This document shows, piece after piece, positions 45,076-54,526 of a stretch of DNA of 64,000 bases. Position numbers and translations under genes: made by a program. The notes under the pieces are model-generated. The model ran no database searches, was not told the DNA's origin, and saw nothing but the letters and a program-made list of their open reading frames with translations. The stretch spans positions 14,612 through 78,611 of the forward strand of contig CAZOGW010000002.1 in NCBI GenBank assembly GCA_964579415.1. Reading direction: 5' to 3'. Position 1 is the first letter of the stretch; each line of letters starts with the position of its first letter. This stretch comes from an uncultured Acidimicrobiaceae bacterium. GTDB lineage: Bacteria > Actinomycetota > Acidimicrobiia > Spongiisociales > UBA5794.

Positions 45076-46785
45076 TCAACGCTCCCAGGGCGACGCCACC
45101 GGGAAGTACTCGCCGAGGAAAGCTCCGAGCCGGGCCGCCGCCGCGGGCGGATCGGTCTCCCATCGTTCGGTGGCGTTGATGCACACGACGTCGAGGTCCC
45201 GGCCCAGCGAAACCCGGCGCAGGAAGGTGCCGAGGCGGCGGCTCCCCAGGTTCTGGTAGGCGATGCGCAGCTCGCCGGGCACGGCGCGCCCCGTGCTGAA
45301 TGCGTAGTGGTGGGCAAAGGCCGAGGCCACCGACAGGTCGTCGCTGCTGCGGAAGCGGTGGCGCGCCGTGGCCTCCATGGCCTCGGGGAAGCGCTCCTCG
45401 ATCTCGAAGAGGACGCTGCGCAGCAGCGGGTACGGGGCATGGTGCAGCTTGCGTCCCACCACCGAGCCGAACTCGCCCTCGATGAGTCGGCGCCCGGTGC
45501 GTGCCGCCGCGTCGGCGGCGAGCGCCTCGCCTGCGCCCCCGGCGGGAAGTGGGATGCGGGCCTCGCTCTCGAAGAACCGGCTCAGGCCGTTGGCGGTGAA
45601 GAAGGCCTCGGGGGTGAGCGGGCGACCCAGCAGCATGTCGTCGTTGAAGTACACGAAGTGCTCGGCGAGCCCCTCGATGTGGTGGAGCCGGGCCTCGATG
45701 GCGTGCGAGTTGAACGTGGGCAGCCAGTCGCCGGGGAAGATGTCGCGATGTGACACCACGGTGAGCCCGTCGTCGGGCGCCAGCCAGGCGGGGACCTGGT
45801 CGGCGGTGACCAGGTAGATGTGGCGCACCCACCCGGCGTTGAGCCACAGCGACCTCAACGAGTAGCGCAGCTCGTCGAAGGAGGCGAACCGGGAAGGATC
45901 CACGGCGTCGGCGGCGCGTGCGCTCCCCTGGGCCGGGGACCAGCGGTCGAACCGGTCCCGCCAGGTGGGATCGGAGCTGTCGACCCAGGTGTAGACCACG
46001 TCGATCGGGTCGCGGAACTGCAGCAGGCCGCGCCCCACCGGGAATGCCGTCAGGCCCGGGTAGTCGTTCCCCGCCACCGACTCGGTGGTGGGCTCGGCGG
46101 ACCGCTCGAAGCGGTTGAGGCCGCGGTGGCCGAGTCGCTCCATCCGGTCACCCGAAGCCGTCCAGAAGCTGATCAGGATTCCGTCGTCCGGGCCCACCAC
46201 CGCGTCGGGACCGATGCTCAGGCAGCGAAAGAGCACCCAGGACTCGGCGCGCCGGGCACGGCGGCGGGTGCCCCGCGCCCGCAGCAGCCCGGTGTGGTGG
46301 CGACCGCCCCGCCGCCACCGGAGGTACCAGGCCTCGGTGGGATCGGCCCCGCTCAGGGCGCCCAGGGCGGCAGCGCGGTCGCCGGCAGGGAGCCCGAAGT
46401 GGAGTCGGCCGCCGTCGGTGTCGACGAGGAAGGGATGCAGGCCGGCCCGCTCCAGGCGGGGCAGCAACGATCCTGCGAACCCGTGGGGCAACTCGGACCG
46501 GGGTCGGTCGATGGTGCCGGTTGCCACCCAGCGCCGCCACTCGCCGGTGGCGGCAACGGTGCGACCACGCCATGCCCGCGGCCCGCCGTTAGGTGGCAGC
46601 AGGCGGGCCGTCACCCGCTGCAGCGCGGCCCTCAGCTCGAGCCGCCACCTCTCGCCCAGCAGTCCCACCACCGGCTCGGGGAAGCGCCCGTCGAGGCGGC
46701 GCAACGCCAGCGCCCGGCGCAGCCGGCCGGCGACGGTGCGGAGCCGTGCGGTGAAGACGCCGGCTCCCTCACTCTTGGGAGTCAT
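45076..46785 (-). CDS. Stealth-family hexose-1-phosphotransferase (second paralog, no TagF domain)
   Basis: [46 protein letters not shown]...PTFNSHAIEARLHHIEGLAEHFVYFNDDMLLG. Confidence 0.8.
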   Translation of the reverse strand: MTPKSEGAGVFTARLRTVAGRLRRALALRRLDGRFPEPVVGLLGERWRLELRAALQRVTARLLPPNGGPRAWRGRTVAATGEWRRWVATGTIDRPRSELPHGFAGSLLPRLERAGLHPFLVDTDGGRLHFGLPAGDRAAALGALSGADPTEAWYLRWRRGGRHHTGLLRARGTRRRARRAESWVLFRCLSIGPDAVVGPDDGILISFWTASGDRMERLGHRGLNRFERSAEPTTESVAGNDYPGLTAFPVGRGLLQFRDPIDVVYTWVDSSDPTWRDRFDRWSPAQGSARAADAVDPSRFASFDELRYSLRSLWLNAGWVRHIYLVTADQVPAWLAPDDGLTVVSHRDIFPGDWLPTFNSHAIEARLHHIEGLAEHFVYFNDDMLLGRPLTPEAFFTANGLSRFFESEARIPLPAGGAGEALAADAAARTGRRLIEGEFGSVVGRKLHHAPYPLLRSVLFEIEERFPEAMEATARHRFRSSDDLSVASAFAHHYAFSTGRAVPGELRIAYQNLGSRRLGTFLRRVSLGRDLDVVCINATERWETDPPAAAARLGAFLGEYFPVASPWER

Positions 46786-47539
46786 ACGCTGCGAGCACCT
46801 CGTCCACCGTCCCGTCGAGATGGATCTTCCCCTGCTCGAGCCACATGGCGCGGCTGCACGTGGCCCGAATCTCGTTCATGTTGTGCGTCACCATGACGAT
46901 GGAGCCGGCGTTGGCCTGCAGGTCCCGGATCCGAGCCATGCTCTTGCGTTTGAAGGTACGGTCACCCACCGCCAGCGCCTCGTCGATGAACAGCAGCTCG
47001 GGTTGCTGCAGCGTGGCGATGGCGAACGCCAGCCGCGCCCTCATCCCCGACGAGTAGGTGCGCAGCGGCCGCCTCAGGGCCTCGCCCAGCTCGGTGAAAT
47101 CGGCGACTTCCTCGATGCTCTCGCGGATCTCGCTCATCGGCATTCCCATGGCGAGGCAGCCGATTGTGATGTTGCGGTAGCCGGACAGCTCCGGCTTGAG
47201 GGCTGCCCGCACCGTGAGCAGCACCGGCTCGGAGCGGACCAGGACCGACCCCGATGTCGGTTGCAACAGGCCGGCGAGGGCACGCAGCAGCGTGCTCTTG
47301 CCCGACCCGTTGGAGCCGACGATGCCGACCACCTCGCCGACGTCGATCTGGAACGTCACTCCCTTGACCGCGTGCACCTCGTCGGAGACGCGGCTGCGGA
47401 AGCCCCCGCTCATCATCCGGCGCAGGGTGAACGATTGCTCCTCGTAGACCTTGAACCGCACGTGGATGTCGTCCGCCACGATGGCCGGTGTCCCGGTGGC
47501 GATGCTCCGCTCGGTGACGACGGCGCGCTCAACTGCCAT
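46769..47539 (-). CDS. ABC transporter ATP-binding protein of the polysaccharide/teichoic-acid exporter type (TagH/KpsT/Wzt-like, no C-terminal carbohydrate-binding extension)
   Basis: Walker A GIVGSNGSGKST, signature YSSGMRARLAFA, Walker B LLFIDEA, and the H-loop. Overlaps the permease gene by 11 nt. Confidence 0.85.
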   Translation of the reverse strand: MAVERAVVTERSIATGTPAIVADDIHVRFKVYEEQSFTLRRMMSGGFRSRVSDEVHAVKGVTFQIDVGEVVGIVGSNGSGKSTLLRALAGLLQPTSGSVLVRSEPVLLTVRAALKPELSGYRNITIGCLAMGMPMSEIRESIEEVADFTELGEALRRPLRTYSSGMRARLAFAIATLQQPELLFIDEALAVGDRTFKRKSMARIRDLQANAGSIVMVTHNMNEIRATCSRAMWLEQGKIHLDGTVDEVLAAYDSQE

Positions 47540-48371
47540 ATCTGGCCTCCCCCCGGCGGAACCAGATGATGCCCCCCAGGCCCAGCACCAGCGTCCACAG
47601 CACCGCGGCGGCGGCTTCGACCCAGAGGACCTCCATTCCCAGCACCGCCCAGCGGTACAGCGCCAGGTAGTCGAACACAGGGTTGGCGATGAACAGCCAC
47701 CGCAGCGACTCGTGCTCGAGGTAGGCGTAGACGTAGAAGATCACACCCGAGCCGTAGAAGAGCAGCCGGAACAGGAACGGCAACAGGTTCTCGATGTCCC
47801 GGTAGGCATGGTTGGCCCGAGCCGCGATCAGGGCGCAGCCGGTGTTGAATACCACCTGGAAGGCGATGAGCGGGATCAACACCAGCCAGGTGAGGCGTAC
47901 CGGCTCGTCGGTGAGCACGGCGACGGCGAGGAACACCAGGACGCCGGGCAGGAACGCCATCGCCTCGGTGACGACGGCCGTTATCGGGACCATGGCGCGA
48001 GGGAAGCTGATCGACCGCATCAACCCCTGGTTCTGGATCAGGCTCTTCGCCCCTGCCATGGTGCTCTTCTGTGTGAAGCGGAAGACGAACACACCGACCG
48101 CCAGGAAAGCGATGAAGTTGTCCACGCCGCGGGTGACCTCGAGGAGCACGCCGAAGACCAGGTAGTAGACGGCGACGCCGAGGATGGGGTTGAGCAGGTG
48201 CCACAGATTGCCCAGCACCGTGTTCATGTTCTGGGAGCGCAGCTCGTTGCGCGGCACATGGAACATGTACTCCCGGCAGGCCCACAGGCGTTGGAGGTAC
48301 GCTCTCCAAGACGAGTAGGTGCCAGGAGGATGGAGCTGACTCGACGCAGCCCGCGTCGTCATGACTGACAC
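47529..48371 (-). CDS. ABC-2-type exporter permease (TagG/KpsM/Wzm-like)
   Basis: Six TM helices. The N-terminal ELRSQNMNTVLGNLWHLLNPI is typical of Wzm/TagG. Confidence 0.8.
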   Translation of the reverse strand: MSVMTTRAASSQLHPPGTYSSWRAYLQRLWACREYMFHVPRNELRSQNMNTVLGNLWHLLNPILGVAVYYLVFGVLLEVTRGVDNFIAFLAVGVFVFRFTQKSTMAGAKSLIQNQGLMRSISFPRAMVPITAVVTEAMAFLPGVLVFLAVAVLTDEPVRLTWLVLIPLIAFQVVFNTGCALIAARANHAYRDIENLLPFLFRLLFYGSGVIFYVYAYLEHESLRWLFIANPVFDYLALYRWAVLGMEVLWVEAAAAVLWTLVLGLGGIIWFRRGEARYGS

Positions 48372-48633
48372 GCGAACAGCTTAGCGAGAGCCGATCTGTA
48401 GCCCTGATCTCCTGCGGGGAGGTGGCTGGGACGGTGGAGGTCTCTGTGGGTATCGGGCGGTGGACATCCGGCGTGTCGCCGGGGCCGTGGGCGGTACACC
48501 GCCCGCCCCCCAGGGCCCGAGGGACACGACCATGATCGTAGTGAAGGGAGATCGGAGGAGATGGTGACGGCATACGGTTGCCCGGTCCGCGGTCGCATCC
48601 ACCACGGACGAGCTATGCACCCGTGGGCGTGAC

Positions 48634-49929
48634 ATGAGGCTCCTGGCGATTGCCCTTTCGGTGCTGGTGGCGCTGACAGGGCTCGGCGGCTCCGTCGCGT
48701 CCGCCGCACAGGGGGACGACGAGCGTCGGCGCATCGGATATCTGGCGGGTGACGAGGGGAAGGATTGGCACCTGAAGCACTTCCCGGTGCCGCACCGCAA
48801 GGTGGTCGGCTCGGAGTCGTACTACCTCACCTTCGACGACGCCCAGACCGAGAACACGGTCGCGCTTCTCGATGGGCTGAAGGCATGGCCGGACGTCAAG
48901 ATCACGTTCTTCGTCAACTGCTACGAGATGAGCCCCGGCGTCTACCAGCGCATCCTCGACGAGGGCCATGCGATCGGGAATCACACCTGCAACCACGTCC
49001 CTCTCACCGAGCTCGGCAAGCAGGGACGCACCGAACAGTTCGACAAGCTGCGTCGCTTCGTGATGGCGCGTGTGGATCCCGACAAGGCCATTGGCTGTTA
49101 TCGGCCCCCGTTCGGGCTCACCAGCGACTCGGTGCGCGATCACGCCTGGAACTCGCTGGATCTTTACGAATGGGGATGGAACGTCAATACCGAGGACTAC
49201 GAGTACCCCGGGACCGCAGCCATCCAGCATGACCTCGACACCATGCGCGCCGGCGATATCGCTCTCATGCACACGTCGAGAGGCAAGTCGGCGACGGTGC
49301 AGGCGACGTTGAGCCACCTGGCCCGGTATGCCGGGATGCGGTCGTACGAGGTCCTTCCCGGGTGCGCCACGTATGCGCCGCCTCTCTGCCAGGGCAGGCC
49401 TGCCACCATCGTGGGGACGCCGAAAGGGGACCGGATCAAAGGCACGTCCGGCGACGATGTGATCTGGGCCGGTCCCGGCGACGACGTCGTCCATGCCCTG
49501 GCCGGTGATGACATCGTCTGCGGCGGCGGGGGTTCCGACGTCATCCACGGCGGGCCCGGAGACGACGTGCTGTCGGGGGAGAAGGGGAAGGACGTTCTGC
49601 GGGGCGGTCCCGGTAGCGACCTGTTGGATGGTGACACCGGCGCCGACCGGCTCTACGGAGGAAGGGGCAGCGACACGCTGCGCGGCCGTACCGGCTCCGA
49701 CCGGCTCTGGGGCGGTCCCGGAGCGGACCACCTGTACGGCGGCAAGGGAGCCGACCACCTGCGCGGCAACGCCGGCGACGACCGGCTGGTGGGAGGACCC
49801 GGAAGCGACCACCTCCGCGGCGGCAAGGGAGCCGACATATTGCGCGGTGGCGCAGGCACCGACATCTGTATCGGTGGACCGGGAGCGGATGCCGGACATC
49901 TCTGCGAGACGACGGTATCCATCCTCTGA
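48634..49929 (+). CDS. Secreted CE4 (NodB-homology) polysaccharide deacetylase fused to a C-terminal RTX beta-roll
   Basis: Signal peptide MRLLAIALSVLVALTGLGGSVASA; CE4 motifs TFDDA and GNHTCNH; N-cap CQGRPATIVGTPKGD; about 18 GGxGxD repeats; terminal CIGGPGADAGHLCETTVSIL. Confidence 0.8.
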   Translation: MRLLAIALSVLVALTGLGGSVASAAQGDDERRRIGYLAGDEGKDWHLKHFPVPHRKVVGSESYYLTFDDAQTENTVALLDGLKAWPDVKITFFVNCYEMSPGVYQRILDEGHAIGNHTCNHVPLTELGKQGRTEQFDKLRRFVMARVDPDKAIGCYRPPFGLTSDSVRDHAWNSLDLYEWGWNVNTEDYEYPGTAAIQHDLDTMRAGDIALMHTSRGKSATVQATLSHLARYAGMRSYEVLPGCATYAPPLCQGRPATIVGTPKGDRIKGTSGDDVIWAGPGDDVVHALAGDDIVCGGGGSDVIHGGPGDDVLSGEKGKDVLRGGPGSDLLDGDTGADRLYGGRGSDTLRGRTGSDRLWGGPGADHLYGGKGADHLRGNAGDDRLVGGPGSDHLRGGKGADILRGGAGTDICIGGPGADAGHLCETTVSIL

Positions 49930-50067
49930 GCGCCGCAGCGCCGAGGCACTGCGGACCTAGGTGACTGCTCAAAGACGAGTACGGCAGCTCGATGGCATGG
50001 GAGTTGCCGACAACTTACGGCATCGTAAGTAGCTGCCCGAGCTACCTGCCGACCTTTCAGCAGCCTC

Positions 50068-51270
50068 CTAGAGCATCGCCACCTCGGGGTGGCGACCGTC
50101 GGCCACCCTGTGGAGGCCTTCGAGATAGTCGGCTCCCGGGTTCCAGGTGTGCTCGCCGTTGCGGACCTGGACATAGTTGAAGCGGTCGGCTGCAAACGAC
50201 AGGTGGCCGGCGCGTTCGCAGCGGCGGATGAAGAGGCGGTCCTCGCCGAGGGTGCGGTCGGGGAACCGGATCGAGCCGGTGCGGTGGCGGTCGATAACCA
50301 GGGTTCCCCCGGCGAGGTAAGACGTGTATTCGAACTCACGGCCGGGGAAGCGCACCGCGGTGACGTCCTCGGCGGCGACGGTCACGAAATGGCTGTGTTT
50401 GCCCACGACGGCGGCGTCGGCGTACGAATGCGCCAGCAGGAGGTCGGAGAGAAAGTGTTCCCCGTACTCGTCGTCGTCGTCGAACTTGGCCATGTAGCGG
50501 GTTCCCACCCGCTCCAGGGCGACGTTGAGGCAGGCGCCCAGCGTGAGGCTCTCGTCGGTCTCCACCACCGCGGCACCGGGGACAGCGCCGAGGCGGTCCC
50601 GCACCGCGGCGATGTCGAAGCCGGACGAGTTGGTCACCACCAGGAGTGCCTGGGCGCTGTCACCCTGCTTGGCGTAGTTGGCGATCAGATGCTCGAGCCG
50701 GTGAGGGCGGTTGGTGACACAGACCACGGTGCAGCCGCCGGCGGCTGTGTGTTCCCGTCCCACCCGGCCCAGGGCAGCCGCCAGCTCATGGCGGCTGGTG
50801 TACCCCAGAGCCGTCCGGTAGGGGCCATGGGCCGCCGCGGTCGCCGCCAGCCACCGATCCACCTCCGCCCCGCCGGCGGAGCGGGAGAGGACAGGTACGC
50901 CGCGGCGTGCTGCAGCGGCGGCCAGGGAGCGCCACTCCTCAGGGAGGCCGGCGGAATGGTGCAGCGGCCGGGTCGGGTCAGCCTGCGCCGCCGCTACGAA
51001 AGGCCGCCCCGACCAGGCGACGACGCCGCTCCCCTCCGATACGGCGGCCTCCGCCCCGGGACCGGCGAGGATGACTTCGGGCCTGGCGGTGGTGGCGACG
51101 ATCCGCGCCTCGCCCTCGAACAGGGCGGCGAACCACGCCGGGCCGATCACAGCCAGGCGTGGGGCGTGGCGGCGGCGGGAGGCCCGGCGCATCGCCGTCG
51201 AGAGGCGAGCCCAGCCGCGCAGCACCCGGTTGGCGGAGCCTCGCAGGAACCTACCGGCGGCGCCGCTCAC
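50068..51270 (-). CDS. Putative glycosyltransferase (GT-A-like C-terminal domain) with an N-terminal domain of unknown function
   Basis: TVVCVTNRPHRLEHLIANYAKQ...VTNSSGFD...MAKFDDDDEY, a GT2-like DxD arrangement. Weaker than the other calls. Confidence 0.45.
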   Translation of the reverse strand: MSGAAGRFLRGSANRVLRGWARLSTAMRRASRRRHAPRLAVIGPAWFAALFEGEARIVATTARPEVILAGPGAEAAVSEGSGVVAWSGRPFVAAAQADPTRPLHHSAGLPEEWRSLAAAAARRGVPVLSRSAGGAEVDRWLAATAAAHGPYRTALGYTSRHELAAALGRVGREHTAAGGCTVVCVTNRPHRLEHLIANYAKQGDSAQALLVVTNSSGFDIAAVRDRLGAVPGAAVVETDESLTLGACLNVALERVGTRYMAKFDDDDEYGEHFLSDLLLAHSYADAAVVGKHSHFVTVAAEDVTAVRFPGREFEYTSYLAGGTLVIDRHRTGSIRFPDRTLGEDRLFIRRCERAGHLSFAADRFNYVQVRNGEHTWNPGADYLEGLHRVADGRHPEVAML

Positions 51271-51307
51271 CCCGGACGCCCCGCACAGACCGGCGCCGCG
51301 GCTGCCG

Positions 51308-52600
51308 TCACTTGGCTCCGAACCCCGAGACCATCGTCCACACCGATCGCCCCAGGATCTCCAGATCGAGCCATGGCGACATGTGCTTGACGTAGTACAG
51401 GTCGTAGGTGAGCTTGTCGAAGGTCTGCGCCTCGTCGTCGGCGTACCCGTAGTTCACCTGGGCCCAACCGGTGAGGCCGGGGCGAACCACGTGGCGGTAC
51501 CCGTAGAAGGGTATGGAACGCTCGAACTGCTCGGTGAACACCGGGCGCTCCGGGCGGGGTCCCACCAGACTGACGTCGCCGCGCAGCACATTCCACAGTT
51601 GCGGGACCTCGTCGAGGCGGGTGCGGCGCAGCCAGCGGCCCGACCGGGTGAACCGGACATCGTCGGACCGGGCGAACTGCGGACCGTCGGTCTCGGCGTC
51701 GACCACCATGCTGCGGAACTTGTAGAGCGTGAAGGGACGGCCGTTCCATCCCACCCGCTCCTGGCGGTAGATGACGCCGCGGCCGGCATCGAGGAGCACC
51801 GTCACCGCGATGACGGCGCCGAGCACCAGCCACAGCGGCAGCGTCACCAGGATGAGAGCGGTGTCGCCGGCGCGCTTGAAGCCGGCGTAGCGGTTGCGGT
51901 CGAGCGGGGCGGAGAGCTCCCAGCCCTCATCGAGGTGCACCAGAGGGAAGCGGCCGGTGTGCTGCTCGTAGATCGTCGACAGCGGCACCACGGAGCGCCC
52001 GGCGAGGTGCCAGGAGAACACGAACTTGGCCATCTCCTCCGACAGCACCGGGCGCAGGTCGAGGACGAGGAGCAGGCCGTCGTCGAGACCGTTGTCCGGG
52101 GCGGCCCCGGCAGGGTCGTGGACGGCGACCACGTCGGCGTGGCCCGAGGTACGCAGGTCGTCCACCAACCCCTTCTCGTAGGTGATGACGATCATCCGCT
52201 CCGACCACGGCATCCGGCGCCGGACCCCGCGGTGGATCAGCGCCCCGGCCAGCCACACGGCGATGGTGCCGGCGAACACCGCGTTGGAGTAGTAGGGCCG
52301 ACCCACGGCGACACCGAGGGCGGTGACCATCACCATGATCCCGGCGATGGCGAAGGCGCGCCCGTAGGACGGCCGGGGCGTCGCGGTCCCCCGCGCACGG
52401 AAGGTGACGAAGGTACCGATGAGCAACCCGGCGGTGAGCAGGCCGGCGAAGGGCCACACGGTGGCTCCGGCCGCCGCGCCGCGCAGCTCCACCCTCCAGG
52501 GGAGGGGGGAACCGAGGACCACCCACGCCGAGAACGCGAAAGCCAGTCCGAGAATGGCCAGGTCGCCGGCGAGAACGGAGAGAACGAACCGCCTACGCAT
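51308..52600 (-). CDS. Polyprenyl-phosphate glycosyl-1-phosphate transferase (WbaP/CpsE-like 'bacterial sugar transferase'); candidate priming enzyme
   Basis: Four N-terminal TM helices. C-terminal catalytic domain VIYRQERVGWNGRPFTLYKFRSM...LDEVPQLWNVLRGDVSLVGPRP. Start at ATG 52600; the upstream annotated extension to 52981 is a shadow frame. Confidence 0.8.
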   Translation of the reverse strand: MRRRFVLSVLAGDLAILGLAFAFSAWVVLGSPLPWRVELRGAAAGATVWPFAGLLTAGLLIGTFVTFRARGTATPRPSYGRAFAIAGIMVMVTALGVAVGRPYYSNAVFAGTIAVWLAGALIHRGVRRRMPWSERMIVITYEKGLVDDLRTSGHADVVAVHDPAGAAPDNGLDDGLLLVLDLRPVLSEEMAKFVFSWHLAGRSVVPLSTIYEQHTGRFPLVHLDEGWELSAPLDRNRYAGFKRAGDTALILVTLPLWLVLGAVIAVTVLLDAGRGVIYRQERVGWNGRPFTLYKFRSMVVDAETDGPQFARSDDVRFTRSGRWLRRTRLDEVPQLWNVLRGDVSLVGPRPERPVFTEQFERSIPFYGYRHVVRPGLTGWAQVNYGYADDEAQTFDKLTYDLYYVKHMSPWLDLEILGRSVWTMVSGFGAK

Positions 52601-52653
52601 CCTCACGATTCTACCGGGGGCTGCGCGAAGCCCGAGCTTTGTGCAACGCGGGG

Positions 52654-52716
52654 AGGTACTTGGTACTTGGTACTTGGTAAGGCACGGATACCAAGTACCA
52701 AGTACCAAGTACCTCC
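52654..52716. repeat. Perfect palindrome: (GTACTTG)x3-containing 27-bp stem, 9-nt loop (aggcacgga), then reverse-complement arm
   Basis: Read directly: gaggtacttggtacttggtacttggta-aggcacgga-taccaagtaccaagtaccaagtacctc. It lies between the rmlD stop (52758, minus) and the PGT start (52600, minus). Confidence 0.9.
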
Positions 52717-52757
52717 GCGCGACAAGACAAGATTGCTGGACCTCAAACACCCCTGGC

Positions 52758-53594
52758 TCAACCTCGGGCGATCTGCGACGCCACCACTTCGGGGAGGGAG
52801 TCCTTCCAGTGGGGGAGGTCGGGGAGGCCCAGCGGGGCGCGGCGCTCCGAGGCGAGGACGGAGTAGGCGGGGCGGGGAGCGGGACGGGGGAACTCCTCTG
52901 TGGCGCAGGGGACCACCAGGGTCGGGTCGAGGCCGGCCAACCGGACCGACTCGGCGGCGAGCCCGTGCCAGGTGGTGACACCTTGGTTGGTCAGGTGCAG
53001 GATCCCGGAGACGCCGGCGTCCAGCGCCGCCAGGGTGGTGGCGGCGAGGTCGTCGGCGACGGTGGGGCACCCGTGCTGGTCGTCGACAACCCGCAGCCCG
53101 CCCGATCGCGCCAAGCGGAGCATGGTGGCGACGAAGTTGGGGTGGGTTCCTGAGATCACCCACGAGCTGCGCACCACCAGTGCCCCCGGGTGTGCCGCCA
53201 GGGCACGCCGCTCCCCATCCCGCTTGGTGCGGCCGTAAGCGTTCAGCGGCGCGGTGACGTCGCCCTCGACGTAGGGCCCACCCTTGGTGCCGTCGAACAC
53301 GTAGTCGGTGGAGAAGGTGACCAGCGGAATGCCGAGGCGGGCGCACACCTGTGCCATCTCCTCGACGGCCTCGGCGTTGACCAGGTGGGCGGTCTCCTCG
53401 TCGGTCTCGGCGGCGTCCACCGCGGTGTAGGCGGCGCAGTTGATCACGGCCTCGGCGCCGGAGTCCTCCACCCAGGGACCGATGGCGGCCGTGTCGACGA
53501 GATCGAGCTCGGAACGGTTGGGGAAGCGGGCCCCGGGGAGCAGGCCCCGAAAGGCGGTGCCGAGCTGGCCGCTGCCCCCGGTGACGACGATCAA
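52758..53594 (-). CDS. rmlD: dTDP-4-dehydrorhamnose reductase
   Basis: [12 protein letters not shown]...YxxxK (YGRTK) short-chain reductase of the RmlD type. A 4-nt overlap with rmlA. Confidence 0.85.
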   Translation of the reverse strand: MIVVTGGSGQLGTAFRGLLPGARFPNRSELDLVDTAAIGPWVEDSGAEAVINCAAYTAVDAAETDEETAHLVNAEAVEEMAQVCARLGIPLVTFSTDYVFDGTKGGPYVEGDVTAPLNAYGRTKRDGERRALAAHPGALVVRSSWVISGTHPNFVATMLRLARSGGLRVVDDQHGCPTVADDLAATTLAALDAGVSGILHLTNQGVTTWHGLAAESVRLAGLDPTLVVPCATEEFPRPAPRPAYSVLASERRAPLGLPDLPHWKDSLPEVVASQIARG

Positions 53595-54466
53595 AGCCCC
53601 TCCCGCTCCTCGGCGACGATCTCCTCGAGGTAGGCGCGGTAGGCCGACCCGGGCATGGCGTCCACCAACTCGCCCAGATCGTCGAGGCTCACATAGCCGC
53701 AGCGGAAGGCGATCTCCTCCAGGCAGGCGATCTTGCTGCCCTGCCGGTGCTCGACGGTGGCGATGAAGTTGGCGGCGTCGAGGAGGCTGTCATGGGTACC
53801 GCTGTCGAGCCAGGCGATGCCGCGGCCGAGGCGCTGCACCCGCAGGGCTCCACGTTCCAGGTAGTGCCGGTTGAGGTCGGTGATCTCCAGTTCCCCGCGG
53901 CCCGACGGCTCCAGGCTGCGGGTCGTCTCCACCACTTCGGCGTCGTAGAGGTACAGGCCGGGGACGGCGTAGCGGGATCGGGGCTGGCGGGGTTTCTCCT
54001 CGAGCGATATGGCCCGCCCCTCGGCGTCGAACTCGACGACTCCGTAGCGCTCGGGGTCCCGCACCGGGTAGGCGAAGACCAGCGCCCCGCTGGTGAAGGT
54101 GCGCGCCGCCTCGGCGAGCCCCATGGTGCCGTAGAAGATGTTGTCCCCGAGGATGAGGGTGACCGGCTCCCCGCCGATGAAGTCGGCGCCGATGAGGAAC
54201 GCCTCGGCGATGCCGGCGGGCCGGTCCTGGGTGGCGTACGAGAAGGTGACGCCCCACTGCGACCCGTCGCCCAGCAGCGATCGGAACCGCGCCTGGTCGA
54301 CCGGTGTCGTGATCATGAGGATGTCGGTGATCCCGGCCAGCATCAGCGTCGACAGCGGGTAGTAGATCATCGGCTTGTCGTACACCGGCTGGAGTTGCTT
54401 GGAGGCGACCCGCGTCATCGGGTCGAGCCGGCTCCCGGCGCCTCCGGCGAGGACGATGCCCTTCAT
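53591..54466 (-). CDS. rmlA: Glucose-1-phosphate thymidylyltransferase
   Basis: [18 protein letters not shown]...[17 protein letters not shown]...ILGDNIFYG. Confidence 0.9.
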   Translation of the reverse strand: MKGIVLAGGAGSRLDPMTRVASKQLQPVYDKPMIYYPLSTLMLAGITDILMITTPVDQARFRSLLGDGSQWGVTFSYATQDRPAGIAEAFLIGADFIGGEPVTLILGDNIFYGTMGLAEAARTFTSGALVFAYPVRDPERYGVVEFDAEGRAISLEEKPRQPRSRYAVPGLYLYDAEVVETTRSLEPSGRGELEITDLNRHYLERGALRVQRLGRGIAWLDSGTHDSLLDAANFIATVEHRQGSKIACLEEIAFRCGYVSLDDLGELVDAMPGSAYRAYLEEIVAEEREGL

Positions 54467-54526
54467 CGCCGAACCGTCCCTTCAAGTTGCGATCCCATGT
54501 GCGGGTCCTCCCGGAGCGCGATGCGG

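Noticed and set aside
50078-50095. Small hairpin GCCACC-tcgg-GGTGGC near the 3' end of the 50068-51270 gene, as a terminator
   Set aside because: Lies inside the coding sequence (just upstream of the stop) with a short 6-bp stem and no U-tract. Too weak to call.
52601-52981. Upstream extension of the phosphoglycosyltransferase ORF (to 52981)
   Set aside because: Would read through the heptamer palindrome and overlap rmlD in another frame. ATG 52600 (MRRRFVLSVL, followed by TM helices) is the sensible start.
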